From: an uncultured Cellvibrio sp.
Lineage (GTDB): Bacteria > Pseudomonadota > Gammaproteobacteria > Pseudomonadales > Cellvibrionaceae
Reading direction: 5' to 3'
Length of the DNA: 46,509 nucleotides
Assembly: GCA_903858205.1 (NCBI GenBank)
Contig: CAIOHY010000438.1
Location: 1-46,509, forward strand
A program made the position numbers and the translations under genes. Shown one piece after another: positions 1 to 7,148 of the stretch. The notes under the pieces were generated by a model, which had not been told where the DNA came from, searched no databases, and saw only the letters and a program-made list of their open reading frames with translations. How positions within the stretch are numbered: the stretch's first letter is position 1; the number at the start of each line of letters is the position of its first letter.

Positions 1-1
1 G

Positions 2-730
2 ATGAATGTCATCAATGAAACCGGAGCCTTGGGTATTGTTATTCATTGCATGCGCGCCAGCCTGACCGTTGAATCGCCGCAGGCATTGATGGATACCTTG
101 CTTGATGCCTTACGTAGTTATGGTCTTGGAGCAATTGTCTATTGGCGCGCAGGAGAACTTTTGGATTGCAATGCCACAGGTGAAATTAGCTCGATGCTTG
201 AATTAGAGTTGATTGAGCGGTTGCACGGCAGTGCGCAGCGGTTTCACGAAATCGGCGACAACCTGATTATCGTTAAAGAACATTGCGTCTTAATGATTAA
301 AAATATGCCGGCAGACGAGCAGCGGCGTGGCAGCTTAATGGATAACCTGCTCATTATTTTGGAAGGCACTAATGCCAAATTGAATGCCTTTGTAGGGCAG
401 CGCGAATTGCTGGAAGCAAAGCAGCGGCTAGTCGACGATATCATCATGGGGTTGGCGCCTGCATTGGATGAGGTTCGTCTGCGCCAAATGAATCATAAAG
501 AGCAAATAATATCGCTTATCGCTGATGTGGGTGTTGAAGTGGAAAAAGCGTTTTTTTCCATGGGTCTAACCGAATCCCAAGAAACGGAAATTTTGATGAT
601 ATTGAATCGCCAATTAAATTGGCTTGTGGATCAGTTAGACGAAGGTATGCAGGTGGATACGAGTTTTACCTCACTGGCAGCGCGCCTGTCTGTGTTGGTG
701 AAGCATGTGCTATCTAAAACAATAATTTGA
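2..730 (+). CDS. 5'-truncated signalling protein, probably the C-terminal part of a response-regulator-associated protein
   Basis: 242-aa ORF open from the window edge with a helical/coiled-coil C-terminus (FFSMGLTESQE). It resembles the C-terminal part of gammaproteobacterial receiver-domain proteins, but no receiver domain is visible in the window. Confidence 0.5.
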   Translation: MNVINETGALGIVIHCMRASLTVESPQALMDTLLDALRSYGLGAIVYWRAGELLDCNATGEISSMLELELIERLHGSAQRFHEIGDNLIIVKEHCVLMIKNMPADEQRRGSLMDNLLIILEGTNAKLNAFVGQRELLEAKQRLVDDIIMGLAPALDEVRLRQMNHKEQIISLIADVGVEVEKAFFSMGLTESQETEILMILNRQLNWLVDQLDEGMQVDTSFTSLAARLSVLVKHVLSKTII

Positions 731-1496
731 GTCCGACCAACATCAACATAATCGCCAGTGCCGGGCGCAGATAATGATCGGCAACGCGATTAGCGAGGTG
801 GCTGCCGAGATAAATACCAGGCAAAGAACCTATCAGCAAATTGGCGAGTAAACCCCAATCCACATTGCCTAAACCAGCGTGACCCATGCCTGCAACGAGG
901 GTTAATGGAACCGCGTGAGCAATTTCGGTTCCCACCAATCTCACTGTTGGTAGCAGTGGGTAAAGCATAAACAAGGCGACAGTGCCGAGCGCGCCAGCGC
1001 CGATAGAGGTGAGCGTGACTACCGCACCCAGAATTGCGCCGGTACTAACGGTTGCAATCACTTGGTCGCGGCGACTCATGCGGGTAATCCAGCTATTGTT
1101 TTTCTTGCTGTAATCAAAAATTCTACGTTTAAACAAGATGGCTACCGCGGTAAAAATGAGCGCGTAGCCTAAGGTTGTTTTGATGATGCTATTGAGTGTA
1201 TCGGTATCCATGCGAACGCTGTGCAACACCCAGAGGGTTAAGGCCGCAGCGGGCAAGCTGCCAAGCGCTAGTTCACCCGTAATTTTCCAGTCGATATTTT
1301 TCTTTTTGTGATGGACGTGAATGCCGCCAGCTTTGGTGATGGCGGCGTAGAGCAGATCGGTACCAACCGCATTCGCTGGGCTTACACCGAAATAAAGCAG
1401 AATAGGCGTCATTAGCGAGCCGCCGCCAACCCCCGTCATCCCGACGATAAAGCCTACTAACAAGCCGGCAACCACATATCCCAGTTGAAAATCCAT
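714..1496 (-). CDS. TauE/SafE (TSUP) family sulfite/anion exporter
   Basis: GMTGVGGGSLMTP, AVGTDL, TSIGAGALG and LVGTEIAHAVPL motifs; about 8 hydrophobic segments; GGAG RBS. Confidence 0.92.
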   Translation of the reverse strand: MDFQLGYVVAGLLVGFIVGMTGVGGGSLMTPILLYFGVSPANAVGTDLLYAAITKAGGIHVHHKKKNIDWKITGELALGSLPAAALTLWVLHSVRMDTDTLNSIIKTTLGYALIFTAVAILFKRRIFDYSKKNNSWITRMSRRDQVIATVSTGAILGAVVTLTSIGAGALGTVALFMLYPLLPTVRLVGTEIAHAVPLTLVAGMGHAGLGNVDWGLLANLLIGSLPGIYLGSHLANRVADHYLRPALAIMLMLVGLKLLF

Positions 1497-1508
1497 AAAA
1501 CTCCGCGC

Positions 1509-1536
1509 GCAGACTGTTTATAAATAAACAGTCTGC
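1509..1536. promoter_or_regulatory. Perfect 12-bp inverted repeat just upstream of the TSUP RBS (operator or RNA hairpin)
   Basis: GCAGACTGTTTA-taaa-TAAACAGTCTGC. Confidence 0.5.
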
Positions 1537-1656
1537 CTGATCTAAGTGTTGATAAATAAACAGGTCGCGCAGGCTAGCAGTAGGATTGATCCATGCCTAA
1601 TGATAAATAGTTTGGTGCTTATAACCGGGAGTTTTGTGATGATTGGGTATGTGGCA

Positions 1657-2292
1657 CTAGAGCAGGCTTTGTACTTGGGTGTTTGGATGTGCTTTTTGTA
1701 CGAGGCTCACAGTATTTTGCAAAATTTGGTCGGCTTTAATCGGTCCCAAATATTCGCAGAGTGCAACATAGGTGAGATTAATGATCTGTTGCATGATGTT
1801 GATATTAGGTGTTGTACCCGTGAGTGGCGCTATCTGGTTTAGCCAGCTTTGGAACGCCCAGCGCTCTTGTGTGGGCAGCGCAATTTTTTCAAGATTGTCG
1901 AGCACATAGAGGCGAATCCGCGTGGAGGTGTCGCCGCCAGGAGCCTCAATGAGCTGATTAACCAAGTCCATAAACAGCGAGAGTATTGGCGAAATTTTTA
2001 CGTTAGCGGCTGCTGGTCGCATCGCGCTGGGCTTGGTCTCACGTGGTGCCGCTCTGCTTTGGCGATTATCTTGCAACGCGGAAAATGCACTGACTAAAGA
2101 TTGCAACATTCGTGAGCGGAGATGGGCGATTTCAAGATCGCTACATAGCTCGCGCAAAAAATGTTGGAGCGCAAACGTTGGCTGATGGGCGTATTTTTCA
2201 TCCCACAAAATTAATGCGTTGGCGAGTTTTCTTCCGGTAACAAACGGCATTAGCGCTTCTTCAACGGCTTTTCGTTTCTGACTTGGGTTCAC
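1657..2292 (-). CDS. Hypothetical cytoplasmic protein, probably co-transcribed with amt
   Basis: 211-aa ORF starting 27 nt after the amt stop on the same strand; helical; C-terminal LCEYLGPIKADQIL motif. Confidence 0.7.
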   Translation of the reverse strand: MNPSQKRKAVEEALMPFVTGRKLANALILWDEKYAHQPTFALQHFLRELCSDLEIAHLRSRMLQSLVSAFSALQDNRQSRAAPRETKPSAMRPAAANVKISPILSLFMDLVNQLIEAPGGDTSTRIRLYVLDNLEKIALPTQERWAFQSWLNQIAPLTGTTPNINIMQQIINLTYVALCEYLGPIKADQILQNTVSLVQKAHPNTQVQSLL

Positions 2293-2319
2293 TCTGTGGT
2301 CTCACGTGCAAGGGGAAAA

Positions 2320-3639
2320 TTATCGCTGCGAATGCAATGAATCTGAGTTGAGTCCGCGGGTATCCTGAAATTCCGGGTAACCCAGTTCGGCGTGCTCGGT
2401 AAAATCCAAGCCTCGTTGTTCATGCAGTGTGCTGGCGCGCATGCCGACGATTTTGTCGATTAAATAATAGCAAATGAGCGCTATACCAAAGCCCCAAACA
2501 AACGCCACCAAAACGCCTGCACCTTGGATGCTAAAGCGCTCAAGGCTGAACAAATCCCCTGCGAAAAAAATCCCTGCGGCGAGTGTTCCCCAGGCACCGC
2601 AAAAACCGTGCACGCTCACTGCATCCACGACATCATCAATTTTAAAGCTGGCGATAAACTTGGGGCCAATGTAGGTAATTATTCCCGAGATGAGCCCGGT
2701 GACTAACGCGAATTGCGGATCCATAGTTGCACATCCGGCGGTAATGCCTACCAATCCACCAAGACTGCCATTGACCGTGCCAGTTAACAGAATAGGCTGT
2801 TTAAACACTTTTGTAGTGAGCATGTAGCCAAGCGCGCCAGCGCAGGCCGAGAGATGGGTGTTAAGCGCTATTTTGCCGATGTCGATATTGGCGGCGAGGG
2901 TTGAACCCGCATTAAAACCGAACCAGCCGAACCATAAAATAAATCCGCCCAGTGCAACCATGCTTAAATTGTGGCCGGGAATAGCGCGCGATTCACCGCT
3001 CGGCGAAAATCGCCCAAGGCGTGGTCCGAGCACAATAATTCCAGCAAGTGCCACCCAGCCGCCAATTGAATGGACAACAGTTGAACCGGCAAAATCGATA
3101 AATCCCAATTCCTTCAACCAACCGGTTCCACCGTGGGCACTGCCCCAGGCCCAGCTGCCAAAAACAGGATAAATTAATCCGGCGATGACGCAGGCGCCGA
3201 TTAAATACGCGTGAAAATGAATGCGCTCTGCCATAGCGCCGCTGGCGATGGTGGTGGTGGTGGCCGCAAACATCATTTGAAAAAAGAGAAATGTCCAATC
3301 CCAACCGGCCATATCACTCGGGAAAAAATGGCTTGCACCAAACCAGCCGGAGTTATTCGCACCGAACATCAAGCCGTAACCCAGCGCCCAAAAAATGACG
3401 CTGCACACGCACGCATCCATGTAGTTTTTCATAATCACATTCACGGAGTTTTTTGCGCGCGACATACCGCTTTCGACCAATGCAAAACCCGCTTGCATAA
3501 AAAAAACCAGAGCGCCCGTAATCACTACCCAGCTGCTATTGAGCGAGTGAGTCAGATCCATAATGCTGGGTTCTGCGCCAAACGTATTTGCGCTGAAAAA
3601 TAAGATAAGTATGCCAATCAATTTTAAATCTAGTCGCAT
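2320..3639 (-). CDS. amtB: Ammonium transporter (Amt family)
   Basis: FFMQAGFALVESG, FFQMMFA, DFAGSTVVH, WFGWFGFNAGS and DDVVDAVSVHG motifs; both pore histidines present. Confidence 0.96.
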   Translation of the reverse strand: MRLDLKLIGILILFFSANTFGAEPSIMDLTHSLNSSWVVITGALVFFMQAGFALVESGMSRAKNSVNVIMKNYMDACVCSVIFWALGYGLMFGANNSGWFGASHFFPSDMAGWDWTFLFFQMMFAATTTTIASGAMAERIHFHAYLIGACVIAGLIYPVFGSWAWGSAHGGTGWLKELGFIDFAGSTVVHSIGGWVALAGIIVLGPRLGRFSPSGESRAIPGHNLSMVALGGFILWFGWFGFNAGSTLAANIDIGKIALNTHLSACAGALGYMLTTKVFKQPILLTGTVNGSLGGLVGITAGCATMDPQFALVTGLISGIITYIGPKFIASFKIDDVVDAVSVHGFCGAWGTLAAGIFFAGDLFSLERFSIQGAGVLVAFVWGFGIALICYYLIDKIVGMRASTLHEQRGLDFTEHAELGYPEFQDTRGLNSDSLHSQR

Positions 3640-3672
3640 AGCCAGTACCTTAAAAGGGAATAGGCAGGGTTT

Positions 3673-3688
3673 TGCAACTCATGTGCCA
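3673..3688 (-). promoter_or_regulatory. sigma54 -24/-12 promoter of amt
   Basis: Minus strand TGGCACATGAGTTGCA with exact GG-N10-GC spacing, about 35 nt upstream of the ATG. Confidence 0.8.
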
Positions 3689-3751
3689 TTCGCGGAAAAC
3701 AGCGCAAAATAACGCGCTTAGCGCGTTTGAATCGATGAATGAATTTACATC

Positions 3752-3768
3752 TGCATCGGTTTGGTGCG
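3752..3768. promoter_or_regulatory. NtrC-type enhancer site
   Basis: TGCATCGGTTTGGTGCG versus the NtrC consensus TGCACC-N5-GGTGCA, about 65 nt upstream of the sigma54 element. Confidence 0.65.
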
Positions 3769-3984
3769 CGTGTCGTGTAGTGACTCGAAAGCGTGCACAA
3801 AAAAGTGATTTTTCGTTAACCGTTTGAAAGCATCAGACGCTTTGGTTTTAAGGCAAAGACTTACTGATAAACAAAGTGTTTTTATGCGCCTTATTGTCAC
3901 TGCAACCAAGAGGCGATAAATCAAATAGCCCAAACAGAGTGCAAACTCAAAAATTTGCACTCTCTTGGATAGTGGATGGATTAA

Positions 3985-4749
3985 CTAGTGTGTCGTTGCA
4001 GAACAGGTTTTGCCAACGCGATCTTTATCCCGTTCCAACAGCTCGGTGAGGTTGTCAGTCTCGAGCGCGCCGTCAATTATGATTTCTTCAATGGTGGATT
4101 CTTGTGTGCGCAAAATTCCGATTTGGGTAAACATGAGCGCGTCTTTTGTTGGCAGATTTTTGAAATAATGTTTGCCCATATGTTTACCGTTGACCCATAC
4201 CTCGGCAGAACCTAGCTTGGGGTCGGTGGACCAGCGGATATGCATGGCAACGCGATGCCATTGCCCGGGGGCGGCGCCTTCAGGTAATTTCCACAGCACC
4301 TCTTTTGCTGCAGTTTCTTGAAAGCTCAGCTCGCTGCCTGCGATATTAAAGCGCAGCATTTGTTGCCAGCTTTTATCGGATTCCCAATAACCCAATTCGT
4401 GTTTGTGTTCGCTGAGTTTTTTCGGCAGATAAAAACTGAATGCAAAAAAAGTCTCTTTACCTTCGTGAGTATTACCCGCTGCGCGGCGATGATGAAATTC
4501 GCTGCGATTTAAAAACTTATTGCCTTTCCATAAAAAAGCATCGTCGCCGGTCAGGCGCACTTTGCCGGCGTGTTTGCCATCGAATACGCATTCGCTCGTG
4601 ACCGACAATCCCGCAGGATTAATCGGTGTATTCCATTGGGAAATATCGCCCGTTTCAAAATCGCCCTGCCAGAGAATGCTGGCGCTGGATAAATGAGAAA
4701 GACTAAGCAGTGCAATTGCACTGCAGATAAGTTTGAATGATTTTTTCAT
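3985..4749 (-). CDS. Secreted polysaccharide lyase-like (jelly-roll) protein
   Basis: Signal peptide; LWQGDFETGD, NRSE, FAFSFYLP, GQWHRVAMHIRWSTDP and EVWVNG motifs typical of Polysacc_lyase-family proteins. Confidence 0.7.
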   Translation of the reverse strand: MKKSFKLICSAIALLSLSHLSSASILWQGDFETGDISQWNTPINPAGLSVTSECVFDGKHAGKVRLTGDDAFLWKGNKFLNRSEFHHRRAAGNTHEGKETFFAFSFYLPKKLSEHKHELGYWESDKSWQQMLRFNIAGSELSFQETAAKEVLWKLPEGAAPGQWHRVAMHIRWSTDPKLGSAEVWVNGKHMGKHYFKNLPTKDALMFTQIGILRTQESTIEEIIIDGALETDNLTELLERDKDRVGKTCSATTH

Positions 4750-4802
4750 GCAGTAAATCCTTGGAATTATTGTTTTTTAGCTAAAAGAAAAGCACAGCGG
4801 CA

Positions 4803-5123
4803 TTAGATCGCACGTAATGCAATAACTTCCTTGAGCACTTCCGGATGACGATAAACAATTTGCAGAAGTGTTTCCGCCGCGCCCGACGGTTGGCGTCTAC
4901 CTTGTTCCCAGTGCTGCAATGTTCGTGGCGATATATGCAAAGCCTCGGCGAATTTTGCTTGCGACAAACCACACTGCAAGCGCGTCTGCACAATCTGGTT
5001 GGGTTCAATTGTGTAGGTATCACCGGTTTTACCGCTTTTAACATCGCGGATGGCGGCCAGTAATTCCTCGCCCAGGTTGCGGGCGGCATCGCGTGCCTCA
5101 AGCTCTTTGTTACTGAGTGTCAT
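4803..5123 (-). CDS. higA: HTH Cro/C1 antitoxin (HigA-like)
   Basis: RLQCGLSQAKFAEALHISPRTLQHWEQGRRQPSGAA HTH; ATG at 5123 overlaps the toxin 3' end. Confidence 0.85.
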   Translation of the reverse strand: MTLSNKELEARDAARNLGEELLAAIRDVKSGKTGDTYTIEPNQIVQTRLQCGLSQAKFAEALHISPRTLQHWEQGRRQPSGAAETLLQIVYRHPEVLKEVIALRAI

Positions 5124-5430
5124 AACCCAGCTCCTCTGCAATTTGTTTCAATAAATGTGCGGGAATATTTTCCGTCGCACTTTTGGAATAGATGGTGAGC
5201 AACACAATGGCGCCGGATTTTAATTGCGCCGTGTAAATGACCCTAACGCCACCACTTTTACCTCGACCGCTTATGCTCCAGCGAATTTTGCGGCAGCCGC
5301 CCGAGCCCGGGATTAAATCACCTGCGTCCGGCGTTGCAGCGAGATAGGAAACAAAGTCGCCGCGCTCCGACTCAGTCCAATAGTCGGGCCACAACCTTGT
5401 GAAAATAGGGGATTCGATAATCGTGCGCAT
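5110..5430 (-). CDS. higB: RelE/HigB-family toxin
   Basis: PDAGDLIPGSGGCRKIRW, GKSGGVRVIY and LLTIYSKS motifs; toxin-first gene order. Confidence 0.88.
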   Translation of the reverse strand: MRTIIESPIFTRLWPDYWTESERGDFVSYLAATPDAGDLIPGSGGCRKIRWSISGRGKSGGVRVIYTAQLKSGAIVLLTIYSKSATENIPAHLLKQIAEELGYDTQ

Positions 5431-5436
5431 GGCAGG

Positions 5437-5463
5437 TGACTCTACTCCATTGGAGTAGAGTCA
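5437..5463. promoter_or_regulatory. TA operator palindrome overlapping the promoter
   Basis: TGACTCTACTCCA-t-TGGAGTAGAGTCA, perfect 13-bp arms, 6 nt from the toxin ATG. Confidence 0.8.
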
Positions 5464-5511
5464 ACAAGATGTAGTTCAGTAAGGATTGGTAGATTCGAAA
5501 TCGCGCCCCGA

Positions 5512-7131
5512 CTAAACCGGCTGCGAAATCACCCCATTACAAATCGGCGTAAATGCAGTGAGTTTATCGAGGGTAGCGGCGTTGCCGAGGCTGTTGCCGG
5601 GGAAGACGCTGCCGAATTGGTTTTGTGCGCCGTGGAGTGCCATGTAATTGAGCACGACGGTTTCTACCAGGGAGTTGACGTTGTTGGCGGCGACTACGCC
5701 CGAGCCGGTTTCTACATCGCCACTCGCGCGCATATGGCCTATCTGTTGGTGCAGGCGCTGTGCGTCGCTAATGGTGTTCGGGTCGCTGCTGGTGCCGCCC
5801 ATCAATACCGCGCGGCGGGTTGGGTTGTAGACGAGGAAGAAGGCGGCGCCGGTCTGTTGGTCATCGCCAGTCCAGACACCTTTGCCGCCGCCTGCGACCG
5901 AATCATCGATCATGCCGTTGCTGAATACCGAGCCGTCGCTGAACACGTAAATCATCACCGGCATGCCTTTGCGTGCGGCGTATTCGATACAGGCACCGAT
6001 GCAGCGGCCCGCGCGCAGGTCGCGCATTTCGCCGGTGGAGCGGTCGCCGGTGTGGTAATCGTACCCGCCCATGGTGATGGTGCCTGCGCCTGCGTAGCCG
6101 TTAATGACCAGCTTGGCGACCGAGGCGGTTTTGCGGAATTCGCCATCGCCATCAAATTCGTTCTGGGTGAACACTCCTGCTGCACCGACCAGATCGGCGT
6201 CTGCAACGGGATCAATTGCCGATGGGTTGCCGAAGCGGTCGGCGAGGTCGGCGCTTTTTACGTAGCCGCAGCGCACCATGTCTTTGATGACTGCGTCATT
6301 GGTGGTGCCGGTGTTGACCTTGCTGAGTTTTTTATCGCTGATGCGGTAGATAGATTCCATCACCGCGACTGTGTCCTGTTGGTCGAGCAAGCTGACCAGA
6401 TCGCCCACATCGACCAAACCGGTCACGTCGTTCGGGTTATCGACCTTAGTGGGGCGCACCTCGGGGTTGATCATCATCGCCGGTGCCATGGAGTTGCCGC
6501 CGGAATCGCTGGCGCGTGAACCAATCAACGCCAGCAGTGAGCCGTTGGCGCCTGCGCGGTTAATGCCGTACATAGGGTTGTGCGGGTTGTTGCCGGTGTC
6601 ATTCTCCGAGCGAGCGGGAATAACGGCACCGTTGGTTAACGCGCGGTTGCCGATGGCGACCTTTTCCAGAATGCCGCGCAGCATGGCGCTGGTGGAGTGG
6701 AATGATAGGCCAAGTTCATTGTTGATCAGGGGGTTGGCTGCGGTGGAAGCGGCGGGGCTCATGGCCAGTGGCAAGCCCTGTTTGCTGTAACCGCTCGCGC
6801 TGAGAAAATCCAGTTGGCCGCCGCGTTGGCCGATCAGCACATTGGAGCCAGCGATATTGGCGCCGCCCGCGAGATCAAAACAGATAAACGGAATCTTGCC
6901 TGCGCCCTGTGCTGCAATGCCGCAGGCGCTGCGCATGGCGATCAGGTCGGCAGACAGTGCTGCCTCTGCTTCACGCGGGTTGGCGAATAAACTGAAAATC
7001 GAGCCGCCCAATACCGTTGCTGTACCGGCACGAAAGCCTTGGGATACCAGCTCGCGCCGGGTGACCGGGCGGCTGTGGTTGTTGAGCAGGAGCGGCGCGT
7101 CCGGGTGCAGGGTGGTTTTTTTGCTAGTCAT
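5512..7131 (-). CDS. Tat-exported DUF1501-like protein (alkaline phosphatase/sulfatase-superfamily-like)
   Basis: Start re-called to ATG 7131 (GGAG RBS; the longer ORF overlaps the upstream gene). Twin-arginine TRRELV followed by a hydrophobic stretch and AEA. FDLAGGAN, GGYDYH and YVFSDGS resemble the DUF1501 motifs LxGG, GGWDTH and SEFGR. Confidence 0.7.
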   Translation of the reverse strand: MTSKKTTLHPDAPLLLNNHSRPVTRRELVSQGFRAGTATVLGGSIFSLFANPREAEAALSADLIAMRSACGIAAQGAGKIPFICFDLAGGANIAGSNVLIGQRGGQLDFLSASGYSKQGLPLAMSPAASTAANPLINNELGLSFHSTSAMLRGILEKVAIGNRALTNGAVIPARSENDTGNNPHNPMYGINRAGANGSLLALIGSRASDSGGNSMAPAMMINPEVRPTKVDNPNDVTGLVDVGDLVSLLDQQDTVAVMESIYRISDKKLSKVNTGTTNDAVIKDMVRCGYVKSADLADRFGNPSAIDPVADADLVGAAGVFTQNEFDGDGEFRKTASVAKLVINGYAGAGTITMGGYDYHTGDRSTGEMRDLRAGRCIGACIEYAARKGMPVMIYVFSDGSVFSNGMIDDSVAGGGKGVWTGDDQQTGAAFFLVYNPTRRAVLMGGTSSDPNTISDAQRLHQQIGHMRASGDVETGSGVVAANNVNSLVETVVLNYMALHGAQNQFGSVFPGNSLGNAATLDKLTAFTPICNGVISQPV

Positions 7132-7148
7132 GGTGTCTGCTCCGGTAA

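Noticed and set aside
5512-7131. Type II secretion GspF label that I recall being attached to similar proteins
   Set aside because: No GspF-type multi-TM architecture and no other gsp genes; Tat leader and DUF1501-like motifs instead.
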